56,415 nt of DNA from an uncultured Candidatus Saccharibacteria bacterium (GCA_964479125.1 CAYZJK010000002.1:1-56415); one strand, 5' to 3'. Shown: positions 34,392 through 43,372, counted from the first letter of the stretch. Program-made: numbers and translations. Notes: a model not told the origin generated them from the letters alone.

Positions 34392-35343
34392 TGTCTTCAG
34401 ACTTAGTGCCGTATTGAATATGTTTGATACGCTCTAGTTGATCTTCGGCAAGGATACGATTGGTCTTTAGTAGGTCTGAGATGATTAAAAGTGCAAAACA
34501 AATTAGCGCACCCGTTAGAGTGGCTGAGCCAAAGACTAGCGATTGAATATGTCCGTCGCTATTACCAATAGTCCAGAAGTACAGGAACCTGATGAACGGT
34601 ATTGCTGATAGTGTAAGTAGGAATATGCCTGTGGTTGCAAAGATGACATGCGGCTTAAACATGATGTAGCTACGCATGATAGCCTGGCCTGACTTGAGCA
34701 TATGCTGCCAGATATTTTTAAACAGCCTAGACTCCCTGGTCTTTGGGTTAGTCTCGACTGGGATAGAGGTAATAGCTAAACGCTTGTTACCAGCCTGAAT
34801 AATAGTCTCCATGCAGTAGCTAAACTGAGTAACTATGTTTAGTCTTAGTAAAGACTTGCGTGAGTATGCCCGAAAGCCACTAGCTGCATCAGGTAGGTCG
34901 GTTCCAGCTGCTTTATTCACAACCCAGCTACCAAAGCGCTGCATAACTTTTTTAAACGGTGAGAAATGGGCAATAGTCTGTGTCTGACGATCGGCGATTA
35001 CAATGTCTGCCGTACCATCTATAATCGGCTTAACTAGGTCTGGAATTCTGTTCTGAGGATACTGATTGTCACCATCTGTATTAACTACAATATCGGCACC
35101 GTTTCTAAGTGCATAGTCGATACCGTCGTGAAATGAGCGGGCTAGACCCATGTTGCGCCTGTGTCTGACGAAGTGTTTTACGCCGTGTTCCTTGGCGATT
35201 TTGATGGTGTCATCGGTTGAGCCATCGTCAATAATTAGAATCTCAACTGAATCAACTCCCTTAATTTTCTTCGGAATAGATTCAAGGACAAGATGTAGCG
35301 TTTCTGCCTCATTAAGGCATGGAATTTGAACAAAAACTTTCAT
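34384..35343 (-). CDS. Family 2 glycosyltransferase, polyprenyl-phosphate sugar synthase type (GtrB/ArnC/DPM1-like) with C-terminal TM helices
   Basis: VFVQIPCLNEAETL, ILIIDDGSTDDT, DxD-type TDGDNQY, and two C-terminal TMs. The ATG at 35343 is preferred over the longer ORF. Confidence 0.8.
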   Translation of the reverse strand: MKVFVQIPCLNEAETLHLVLESIPKKIKGVDSVEILIIDDGSTDDTIKIAKEHGVKHFVRHRRNMGLARSFHDGIDYALRNGADIVVNTDGDNQYPQNRIPDLVKPIIDGTADIVIADRQTQTIAHFSPFKKVMQRFGSWVVNKAAGTDLPDAASGFRAYSRKSLLRLNIVTQFSYCMETIIQAGNKRLAITSIPVETNPKTRESRLFKNIWQHMLKSGQAIMRSYIMFKPHVIFATTGIFLLTLSAIPFIRFLYFWTIGNSDGHIQSLVFGSATLTGALICFALLIISDLLKTNRILAEDQLERIKHIQYGTKSEDTI

Positions 35344-35424
35344 AGATATGTATAGTATATCAATTTTTCCACAGCTTAGGGAAAGTAGAGGTTTCACTGG
35401 GGAGTTGTTATACTATTAGGAATA

Positions 35425-36330
35425 ATGTTATTGATTCTCCATGGAGCTAATCGATTCGCTAGAAATGAATATCTAGCTGAGTATTTAGCCAGCAAAAATA
35501 TTGAACCTGAGTACATAGAGGAGGAGGACTTAAGCGTTAATGATCTTGCTTCTCTAACTCAGGGTCAGTCTTTGTTTTCTAGTGAGCGGCTCGTCATTAT
35601 CCATGATTTAAGCGAGAATGCTGATGTCTGGACGGCTCTTGCTGAGTGGGTGGACAAAAGGGAGATTGACGCTGATATTATCCTGCTTGAGAGTAAGCTT
35701 GATAAGCGTAAATCAACCACTAAAGATCTTATTAAGAAGGCGACTGTTAAAGAATTTACTCCGCTTAAAGGTGGCGATATGAGAGCTGCTGCTAGCTGGC
35801 TGGTAGAGTGGGCTGGCAAGCATGGTGTAAAGCTTGATTCATCAGCTGCTAGCGAACTGGTGAAGAGGGTGGGCTATGACCAGGGGATGCTGGTTAATGA
35901 GGTTAAGCGCTTAGCAGTCTTAGATAGTGATGTTAAGCTCTCGACCATTCGAGAGTACACTCCTGATAAGTTAGAGGCTAGGGTCTTTTCAATCCTAGAG
36001 GCAGCTCTAAAGGGAGATAAGAAATATTTAGTAAATGAGTTGGCTGCGCTAAGGCAATTATCGGATCCATACCAGTTTATGGGGCTGCTATCCAGCCAGG
36101 TGTTTCAATTTATGGCTATACATTTTTCCGGAGTGTCTTTGACTGAAGTCTCGTCAGGTTTAAAGTTAAACTCTTATGCTTTGCAAAACTCTAATAAGGT
36201 GAACGTTAGCCGAGCGAAGGTGAGGTATGCCAATAGCGCACTGGCCGAGGCGGATTATAAGATGAAGTCGACTTCGTACGACCCTTGGGATCTTATCGAG
36301 TTTGCGCTAGTCGATATTTCATTAAGATAA
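35425..36330 (+). CDS. holA: DNA polymerase III delta subunit
   Basis: LLILHGANRFARNEYL...SLFSSERLVIIHD N-terminal clamp-loader delta pattern; about 300 aa. Confidence 0.7.
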   Translation: MLLILHGANRFARNEYLAEYLASKNIEPEYIEEEDLSVNDLASLTQGQSLFSSERLVIIHDLSENADVWTALAEWVDKREIDADIILLESKLDKRKSTTKDLIKKATVKEFTPLKGGDMRAAASWLVEWAGKHGVKLDSSAASELVKRVGYDQGMLVNEVKRLAVLDSDVKLSTIREYTPDKLEARVFSILEAALKGDKKYLVNELAALRQLSDPYQFMGLLSSQVFQFMAIHFSGVSLTEVSSGLKLNSYALQNSNKVNVSRAKVRYANSALAEADYKMKSTSYDPWDLIEFALVDISLR

Positions 36331-36343
36331 GATTAGTCTAAAT

Positions 36344-36376
36344 AAAATAGCACCCAAGGCTCTTGGGTGCTATTTT
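36344..36376. terminator. Bidirectional rho-independent terminator between holA and rpsT
   Basis: AAAATAGCACCCAAG-gct-CTTGGGTGCTATTTT, a perfect 15-bp stem. Confidence 0.85.
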
Positions 36377-36390
36377 GTGTACAGAGCGTA

Positions 36391-36813
36391 CTACTTAGAT
36401 TCTTTCTTGGTAGCTGTCTTCTTTGCTGGAGCTTTTTTAGCTGCAGTTGCTTTAGTAGCTGTTTCTTTCTTTGGAGCAGCCTTCTTAGCGGTTGTAGTAG
36501 TTTTCTTAGCTGTTTCAGACTTAGCTGTTGTTGCCTTCTTCGCAGGTGCTTTCTTAGCTGCAGTAAGAGTAACCTTAGCTTCCTTAGCGATTCTTGATAG
36601 GCGAGCCTTGCGGCGAGCAGCAGTGTTCTTCTTTAGAACATTCTTTTTAACTGCAGTGTCTAGAGCACCGTGAGCAGCTGAAAGTGTTTCAACTGATGGG
36701 TTCTGTAGGAAAGCTTTAGTAGCTGACTTTACACTGTTCTTAGCAGCGATGTTTTGATCGCGCCTTTTGCCGGCTTGCTTTACGCGCTTAATGGCTGATT
36801 TGATGATTGGCAT
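36391..36813 (-). CDS. rpsT: 30S ribosomal protein S20 with a ~55-aa Lys/Ala/Thr-rich C-terminal extension
   Basis: MPIIKSAIKRVKQAGKRRDQNIAAKNSVKSATKAF is the bS20 N-terminus. The tail carries AKKA/TAKK repeats. AAGGAG RBS. Confidence 0.9.
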   Translation of the reverse strand: MPIIKSAIKRVKQAGKRRDQNIAAKNSVKSATKAFLQNPSVETLSAAHGALDTAVKKNVLKKNTAARRKARLSRIAKEAKVTLTAAKKAPAKKATTAKSETAKKTTTTAKKAAPKKETATKATAAKKAPAKKTATKKESK

Positions 36814-36944
36814 AATGCTCCTTATATTCTCTTTTATTGAGTGCTAGATTTTTATAATACAATCAGTTGGTAATTATACAGAGTATTGGTGGATATGTAA
36901 AGACCACCGAGGGTAAATTAACTGATGTAATCTTGGTAATTACA

Positions 36945-36974
36945 TTGACTATTAAAAGATGCTTATGGTATAGT
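36945..36974 (+). promoter_or_regulatory. Sigma-70-type promoter TTGACT-18-(TGg)TATAGT
   Basis: TTGACT at 36945-36950 and TATAGT at 36969-36974 preceded by TGG. The perfect palindrome TGTAATTACA at 36997-37006 lies in the leader. Confidence 0.45.
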
Positions 36975-37023
36975 ATGGGAAAGTTTTAAAACAAAAATGT
37001 AATTACAGGATCTAAATAAAAAC

Positions 37024-39135
37024 ATGGCCGGCTCTAGACAAAAAATTATAGAAACACTGCAGAGTGTCGACACTGTACTTGTTACTGTTGGAAAGAACCC
37101 AACCGTTGATGAACTATCTGCTGCACTAGGTTTAACAATCTTCTTAAATGAATCTGGTAAACATGCCACTGCGGTCATGAGTGGTGATATACCGCCAGCT
37201 ATCAGCTTCCTAGAGCCAGAGAAGACTTTCGAAAACTCAGTCGACAGCCTGAGGGACTTTGTTATTGCATTAGATAAAGATAAGGCTGATCACCTTCGCT
37301 ATAAATTAGTTGAAGATGTCGTTAAAATCTATATCACTCCATACCGATCAGTCATTACTGAAAAAGACCTTCGCTATAGCAAGGGTGATTATAACGTTGA
37401 ATTAGTTATTGCTATTGGTGTTAAAACTCGCGATGACCTAGATAAGGCCTTAGCTTCTCACGGCCGCATTTTACATGACGCGACTGTAGCTACGATTGGT
37501 AATGAAGAGAGTAAGCTAGGTGATCCAGACTGGTATGATCGAAACGCTAGTAGCTTAAGTGAAATGGTTACAACTCTTATCTCTAAGATTCCGTCTGACG
37601 ATAAGAAGATTGATAAGCGTGTTGCTAGCTCACTCCTAACTGGTATTGTTTCAGCGACCGATAGGTTTAGTAATGATAAAACTACACCAGAGTCACTAAC
37701 AGTTGCAGCCGAGTTAATGTCCTATGGTGCTAACCAGCAGTTAATTGCCCTTAAGCTAAGGGAAGGCTCAAAGCTAGACATTGAACCTGAAGATGGCTCT
37801 AAGAAGTTAACTCGTGACCTTGAGAAAGAAAACCGAGACAATCGCAAGCAAAAAGATAATCAGAATCAAAACAAGAAGCAGAAGAATAAAGATAAGCCAA
37901 AGGATAAGACTAAGTTCTCAATAGATCACTCAGGTGATAAGGAAAAGGAAGAGGTTAAGGAAGAATCTCAGCCAGTAGAAACTACTGCTCCTAATCGTAT
38001 TGGTTTAACCGAGGACGGTGAGTATGATCCTGCTGCAGCACTAGATGAAGCTCTACGTATTTCTGAACAGAAACGAGTCGAAGCTATCAATCAGGATAAA
38101 GACCAGCTAGCAGAAGAGTTAGCTCATGGCCTAGAGCAGTCTAGTAGTGCGCAAGAGACCAACGCTCCTGAACCTGCTCAGCCTACACAGGAAGAGTCTC
38201 CAGCTATCGAGGAGGCTCCACAGCCAGAAACATCAACTTCAGAGCCGGTAGTCGAGCCTACGTCAGAAGCATCTGCTCAAGAGCCAGTCTATGAGCTACC
38301 TTCACAAAATGAAGAGACTCAGCCGCCAATGCAGACTGAGGAGCCTGTACAGCAGTCAGTTCAAGAGGTAGAGAGCGCTTCAACACTACCTCCTGTACAG
38401 TCGACTCCTCAGATTGGTGAGGCTCGACGAAATAATGCACCAGTTGATAAGTTTGACTCGGATGAGGGTCCAGCTTTCGGAGGTGTATTAAACGCTACTA
38501 CTGAGAGTGCTGCCGAGGCGAAAAGGTTAGCTGAAAGTGAAATGCGTAACCGCACAATCTTAAGTCGATCTGCTCCAGGCGCATCAGCTCAAGAGGATCA
38601 GCAACCAAATCCATCACCTTTCAACAGCACAATGGCAGGCAGTGAAGAACCGACTATGCCAAGCTTTGAAATGACTCCACCTCAGAGCTATATACAGCAG
38701 TCTCAGCCACAAGTTTTTGAACCAGCTAGCAATGATACGTATCAGGGACATACAATTGTTCCACCAACTCCAACTGGCACGCTTGAGGAAATTGATCGTC
38801 AGCACCGTCAGTCTGTAGAGGATGCAGAGGTGCGAGACATGTTTGAGCCGTCATCGCAGCCGCTACCAACTCCGTCTGTTCCGATTGGGCAGCCAGCCGG
38901 TACGGTTGAAGCGCCTAACACTCCGCCGCCGCCACCAATGCCTGACTTTTCTCAACTGCCTCCATTGCCAACTCAAATGCCTGACTTTTCTCAGGTACCG
39001 GCTCAAATGCCAGCTGACTCTCCTCAGCCTGGTCCGGATAACCTAGGTCAAATCCTGCCACCAGCTCCACCGGCACCACCTCAGAGCCAGCAGGCTAATG
39101 ATCTTGGACAATTCCAGATTCCAAACCAGCAGTAG
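37024..39135 (+). CDS. DHH-fold (NrnA-like) domain protein lacking the DHH catalytic signature, fused to a ~450-aa low-complexity tail
   Basis: N-terminal 250 aa align by eye with the NrnA DHH domain (ASSLSEMVTTLI; LLTGIVSATDRFSNDKTTPESLTVAAELMSY). The DHH motif is replaced (IAIGVKTRD) and there is no DHHA1 domain. The tail has a K/N/Q-rich block, then E/P/Q/S/T-rich sequence. Confidence 0.7.
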   Translation: MAGSRQKIIETLQSVDTVLVTVGKNPTVDELSAALGLTIFLNESGKHATAVMSGDIPPAISFLEPEKTFENSVDSLRDFVIALDKDKADHLRYKLVEDVVKIYITPYRSVITEKDLRYSKGDYNVELVIAIGVKTRDDLDKALASHGRILHDATVATIGNEESKLGDPDWYDRNASSLSEMVTTLISKIPSDDKKIDKRVASSLLTGIVSATDRFSNDKTTPESLTVAAELMSYGANQQLIALKLREGSKLDIEPEDGSKKLTRDLEKENRDNRKQKDNQNQNKKQKNKDKPKDKTKFSIDHSGDKEKEEVKEESQPVETTAPNRIGLTEDGEYDPAAALDEALRISEQKRVEAINQDKDQLAEELAHGLEQSSSAQETNAPEPAQPTQEESPAIEEAPQPETSTSEPVVEPTSEASAQEPVYELPSQNEETQPPMQTEEPVQQSVQEVESASTLPPVQSTPQIGEARRNNAPVDKFDSDEGPAFGGVLNATTESAAEAKRLAESEMRNRTILSRSAPGASAQEDQQPNPSPFNSTMAGSEEPTMPSFEMTPPQSYIQQSQPQVFEPASNDTYQGHTIVPPTPTGTLEEIDRQHRQSVEDAEVRDMFEPSSQPLPTPSVPIGQPAGTVEAPNTPPPPPMPDFSQLPPLPTQMPDFSQVPAQMPADSPQPGPDNLGQILPPAPPAPPQSQQANDLGQFQIPNQQ

Positions 39136-39171
39136 TCTTTAAGACCCCTTCGGCGTGATAAAGTAGGAAGT

Positions 39172-39834
39172 ATGATTCAAGATGGAATACTTCTTATAGA
39201 TAAGCCAAGGGGTCTTAGTAGTTTTGGTGTAGTAGCTAGAATTCGACGCGTACTTTCTGAGCAGGCAGGTAAAAAAGTCAAAGTCGGTCATACCGGCACG
39301 CTTGATCCGTTCGCGACTGGTCTACTTATTTTGGTAGTCGGAAAAGAGTGTAAGAATGCTCAGCACTATAGCGGCCTTCCTAAAAGCTATGGGGCTACCT
39401 GTGTTTTAGGTACGACTAGCACCACGCTAGATCCTGAAGGAGAGTTAACAGAGGTTAGTGACCGTAAGCCTAGCTTAGAGGAGATTGAAGCCGCTCTAGA
39501 GCAGTTTAAGGGCGAGATTACACAAACACCACCAGCTTTTAGCGCTATTAAGGTCGGTGGTAAAAGAGCCTATAAGCTTGCTCGAGAAGGTAAAGAGATA
39601 GAGATGCCAACTAGGCAGGTTGTAATCTCTGAGCTTAAAGTAGTTGAATACAATTATCCTGACCTTCGGATTGAAGCCTCAGTTAGTAGTGGAACTTATA
39701 TTAGGACGCTTGTGCAGGATCTAGGTGAGGCCTTGGGTATTGGAGCGTATTGCTCAGAGCTTAGGCGAACCATAGTCGGTGAGTACAGCGTGGAAGATGC
39801 AAAAGGATTAGAGTTCTACGGAATTACCAGTTAG
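39172..39834 (+). CDS. truB: tRNA pseudouridine(55) synthase
   Basis: GILLIDKPRGLSS and the catalytic GHTGTLDPFATGLL motif. Confidence 0.9.
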   Translation: MIQDGILLIDKPRGLSSFGVVARIRRVLSEQAGKKVKVGHTGTLDPFATGLLILVVGKECKNAQHYSGLPKSYGATCVLGTTSTTLDPEGELTEVSDRKPSLEEIEAALEQFKGEITQTPPAFSAIKVGGKRAYKLAREGKEIEMPTRQVVISELKVVEYNYPDLRIEASVSSGTYIRTLVQDLGEALGIGAYCSELRRTIVGEYSVEDAKGLEFYGITS

Positions 39835-39835
39835 T

Positions 39836-40531
39836 ATGATCGAGCTTAAATTTGATACTCAGACTGTGGCTATCAGTACCCTAGGAGCTGTTGTTGATAG
39901 TTATCAAGTTGATGACAGGCCTATTCTCTATCCTCGACAGAAGATCGATGGATCTTATAGGGGTGGAAGTCATGTTTGCCTGCCGAACTTTGGACCTGAT
40001 GAGATTACCGACCAGCCACAACACGGATACGGCCGGGTAGAGGAATGGCAAGTAATTTCGCAAAACGCCTCTGATGTTACCTTGGAGCACCGGCAGGACG
40101 ACGGCCAGTATTCCGGCTTAATCTCTCGCTTAGCCTATCGCTTAAGTGGGGCTGGTCTGTTGATGCGGCTCGAATTAGATAATGCTAGTGATAGTGGGTT
40201 ATTGGTTGCACCTGGATTTCATCCTTATTTTGCTCTGCCACCTCAGACAGGAGAAGTGACTGTGAATGAAGTAGGGTATAGGGTTAATCAAGTGGCCGGT
40301 ACAGAGTGGACCGAGATAAGGCACAGTAATCAAGTTGTAGTTCGCGACGAGAAGATTATTTTAACGTGTAAACAATTTGAGATTTTCGCTATATGGTCGG
40401 CTCATCCTGATAAATATATTTGTATTGAGCCAACCTATGCAGGCAATGCACATACGGGGAAGGATGGTAGCCCATTAAAGCTCAACTCAGGTGGGCAAGC
40501 AAGTTTCAGTTTTCTTGTATCTGTGGTGTAG
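39836..40531 (+). CDS. Aldose 1-epimerase family protein (hexose-6-phosphate mutarotase-like)
   Basis: GGSHVCLPNFG, HGYGR and APGFHPYF motifs. Confidence 0.7.
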   Translation: MIELKFDTQTVAISTLGAVVDSYQVDDRPILYPRQKIDGSYRGGSHVCLPNFGPDEITDQPQHGYGRVEEWQVISQNASDVTLEHRQDDGQYSGLISRLAYRLSGAGLLMRLELDNASDSGLLVAPGFHPYFALPPQTGEVTVNEVGYRVNQVAGTEWTEIRHSNQVVVRDEKIILTCKQFEIFAIWSAHPDKYICIEPTYAGNAHTGKDGSPLKLNSGGQASFSFLVSVV

Positions 40532-40572
40532 ATATATAGCTAAATTAGACAGTATTGAGCCAAGTACTAAGA

Positions 40573-40601
40573 TTGACAAATAGTCTATATTATGCTAATG
40601 T
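40573..40601 (+). promoter_or_regulatory. Sigma-70-type promoter TTGACA-17-(TGc)TAATGT, 9 nt before ATG 40611
   Basis: TTGACA at 40573-40578 and TAATGT at 40596-40601 preceded by TGC. Confidence 0.45.
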
Positions 40602-40610
40602 TTAATAACG

Positions 40611-41987
40611 ATGAGCCCATTAAAATCTCTCCCAAAACAGGAGAGGCTAAAAAACAAAAATACAGAAGAAATTTATCAGGAACTAACAAGCTTAGAGCCG
40701 ACTCCTGTTTCGGCTACTGTACCTGATAAGCAGAATGGTATTGAGCAGAAGAGTGTTTTCTTGAAGGGTGAGGTTAATAACCCTAAACATATATATCCTG
40801 CCCTCGATAATTTCAAGCGGAGCGATCTAACGGATATTAGGCGTGTCGGCAAAGAATTACTTGAGTCATTAGATGAGCCAATTGAGCGCGAAGTATATAA
40901 GGACTTTATTAATAGTTATCAGACAATAAGTAAGATGATGCTAGCTATGAATAAGGTTCGTAATGCTAATTCAGAAGAAGATTACCAACAAGCTTCTGAA
41001 GAGTTTATGAGGTATAACATCGAAAAGTATGGTGAACCTGATCTCGCTACTTACGAATCAATTCTGACTGAAAAGGCTTTTAATGCTCTGGACAAGGAAG
41101 CGGTCGGACGAGCAAGTGAAATTCAAGCTGAGTTAACAGCTCTCTTACCAGAAACTATTCAAGAGAATATCGAATCAGGTGAAATCCCGGAGCGATACAA
41201 GCCAAATCCAGAAACAGTTCTTTGGATGAAAGATGTGGTGGAGACGCTGTATGGAGATATGTTAAAGCACGTCCCTAACAAGAAGAATTTCACCCCACAA
41301 GAGACGGCTGAGGTTTTTCAGAGTATTATCGATCATGAGTTTGGTGAAGAGGCTGAAGGGTGGCGAGCGGAGCTTGCTACTGCTAGGGCAGTTAACGTGG
41401 TGGCGACTGATAAGTTGATTAGAATTCCAGATAATACAGTAACTAGACCAAGAGACAAGGTGCGCACCTTAGTGGTTCACGAAATAGGTGTTCACATGCT
41501 GAGAAGTATTACCGGCGCTAGTACTGATATCGGCCCGCTTAGAAATGGTCTAGCTGGCTACTATGACACTGAAGAAGGTCTAGGTATGGTGATGGAGCAG
41601 GCTTTGATGGGTGAGTACCGAGAGGCTGGATTGGATCACTATATTTCTGCTGGTGCAGCTTATTTTGACAATATGGACTTTAGGCAGATGTTTGAAATGA
41701 AATGGCGCATGCGAGTTCTAGAGCAGATGGATGAAAGCGGTGAAGTAGCCGATGAGGATATCGACAAAGCACGCGCTTTCGCCTACGGCAACGTGATGCG
41801 GTCTCTACGTGGCACGGATGAGCTACCTTGGTTTAAGGATTTGGCATATTACAACGGATCGGTCGAAGTTTGGAAGTATCTAGATACTATTAAGGGTGAC
41901 GACTTTCAGTTGTCTCTACTGATGCAGGGTAAGGTGAGTACTTCTAAGAGTCATCAACGCATTGTACTTGAGTCAGCCTCTATCTAG
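40611..41987 (+). CDS. DUF1704-type metallopeptidase (QEGLA-motif / tyrosine-carboxypeptidase MATCAP-like family)
   Basis: VHEIGVHMLR (HExxH), then GLAGYYDTEEGLGMVMEQ, which corresponds to the GLAGY...QEGLA signature of the family. Confidence 0.7.
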   Translation: MSPLKSLPKQERLKNKNTEEIYQELTSLEPTPVSATVPDKQNGIEQKSVFLKGEVNNPKHIYPALDNFKRSDLTDIRRVGKELLESLDEPIEREVYKDFINSYQTISKMMLAMNKVRNANSEEDYQQASEEFMRYNIEKYGEPDLATYESILTEKAFNALDKEAVGRASEIQAELTALLPETIQENIESGEIPERYKPNPETVLWMKDVVETLYGDMLKHVPNKKNFTPQETAEVFQSIIDHEFGEEAEGWRAELATARAVNVVATDKLIRIPDNTVTRPRDKVRTLVVHEIGVHMLRSITGASTDIGPLRNGLAGYYDTEEGLGMVMEQALMGEYREAGLDHYISAGAAYFDNMDFRQMFEMKWRMRVLEQMDESGEVADEDIDKARAFAYGNVMRSLRGTDELPWFKDLAYYNGSVEVWKYLDTIKGDDFQLSLLMQGKVSTSKSHQRIVLESASI

Positions 41988-42072
41988 TCAACAGGGGTCA
42001 ACCTCTTTACTTTTTATATAAATTATGCTATTGTAAATATATTCTTATAGTAAATAAACAAGACAAAACTTC

Positions 42073-42996
42073 ATGCCACCTAAAAAAGTAGTTCAAGCAA
42101 TATCTTCCTTCGAAAAAGATCCTTTATTGAAAGAAAAGCGCGAGAAGGCGCCAGATTTAACTGAAGTAGAAATTCAGAGGCGTAACGAGGAATACAACGA
42201 CGCCTTATATAATAATTTAGGTTCAAGCTTCAGTTCAAAGGATGTTAATAATATCAGTGAGAGTCCTGAGGCTAAGATTAAAGAGCTAGCTAATGATGGT
42301 CACTTAGAAAACTTCCACACGAAGATTGCTAATGAGACCGAAGATATTTATCAATCAGTGCTTAGTCGATTATCCGCAGAGGGTATGCCTGAGGCAGCTA
42401 TTAATGACTCGAGTAGGATTAATATTCGTAAGCGCGTTTTAGCGGAAGTTGACCGTATTGCAGTTTCGAAACAAGAGTCTTTGAATGACGATACGGTAGG
42501 TGGTCGGATTCTTAGTGATGAAGCTAGGAATAAAGTCGAGAATGCTGTAGTTGGTGAAGAGCTGATAAAGTTTAGGTACGATTCACCAGGTGAAGCTCTT
42601 GGTAGTTTTTCAGTAGAGACACTGCGAGAAATGGATGCACATGCTCCTGATGAGGCACCTGAACTTAGAGGTAATGAAGACCTGTCTTTGTTAGGTGGAG
42701 CTCTCGAAAACTCTAGCGGTGCTAATAGTGTTCAGGAGGAAGTTAAAGAAATTATCACAGAACAGGTAGAGTTAGATTCCGAAATTAACGATGCACCTGA
42801 AGTCGACGAAGCGAGACAGGAGGTCTTAGATCTGTTTGAACAGAACGGCGGTGATTTGGATGAGGTCAAAGCTGAGGTTCATCAGGAGGTAGGTAATGAC
42901 CTTAAGGAGTCAGCCGAGCAGTTGGATCGGGAAATGATATCAGCTAATATATCAGAGCAGGCGAGTGCCGCTCTCAATCAAACTCAGGTACGTTAA
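42073..42996 (+). CDS. Hypothetical highly acidic protein (307 aa)
   Basis: Long ORF rich in E/D, with no TM and no motif recognised. Confidence 0.65.
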   Translation: MPPKKVVQAISSFEKDPLLKEKREKAPDLTEVEIQRRNEEYNDALYNNLGSSFSSKDVNNISESPEAKIKELANDGHLENFHTKIANETEDIYQSVLSRLSAEGMPEAAINDSSRINIRKRVLAEVDRIAVSKQESLNDDTVGGRILSDEARNKVENAVVGEELIKFRYDSPGEALGSFSVETLREMDAHAPDEAPELRGNEDLSLLGGALENSSGANSVQEEVKEIITEQVELDSEINDAPEVDEARQEVLDLFEQNGGDLDEVKAEVHQEVGNDLKESAEQLDREMISANISEQASAALNQTQVR

Positions 42997-43025
42997 CCAA
43001 CGTCTATATTCTCATCTGTTAGGCC

Positions 43026-43054
43026 TTGCAATAATCTCAGTAGGAGGGTATACT
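43026..43054 (+). promoter_or_regulatory. Sigma-70-type promoter TTGCAA-17-TATACT, 7 nt before the rpsO ATG
   Basis: TTGCAA at 43026-43031, 17-nt spacer, TATACT at 43049-43054. An AGGAGG inside the spacer sits 14 nt from the ATG, so SD-led translation from an upstream transcript is an alternative. Confidence 0.5.
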
Positions 43055-43061
43055 AGCCCAG

Positions 43062-43328
43062 ATGATTACCAAAGAGAATAAAGAGAAAGCGATTGCTTTG
43101 ACTCAGGTCAACAAGAATGATGTCGGTAGCCCACAGGCTCAGGTATCAATCTTAACGGCTCGTATCAAAGAAGTTACAGAGCATCTTAAGGTCAATAAGC
43201 ATGACTTTATGGCTCGTCGCGGCTTGGTTCAAATGGTAGGTAAGCGAAAGCGCCTTCTTAAGTACCTTGAGCGTAACGACTTTGAAAGCTACAAGGCAAC
43301 GTTAAACAAACTAGGTCTCCGTAAATAA
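43062..43328 (+). CDS. rpsO: 30S ribosomal protein S15
   Basis: GSPQAQVSILTARIKEVTEHLKVNKHDFMARRGLVQMVGKRKRLLKYL is the uS15 signature. Confidence 0.95.
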   Translation: MITKENKEKAIALTQVNKNDVGSPQAQVSILTARIKEVTEHLKVNKHDFMARRGLVQMVGKRKRLLKYLERNDFESYKATLNKLGLRK

Positions 43329-43372
43329 TACGGGGCCTATTTTTTATCCGCACATAATGGTGCGGCAATATT

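Noticed and set aside
36367-36673. Two + strand ORFs (76 aa Cys/Ser/Leu-rich and 98 aa Ala/Phe/Val-rich) that look like exotic peptides.
   Set aside because: They lie antisense to the repetitive Lys/Ala tail of rpsT. AAG/GCT-rich repeats read as CTT/AGC on the other strand, there is no RBS, and the rpsT frame has a clear S20 N-terminus.
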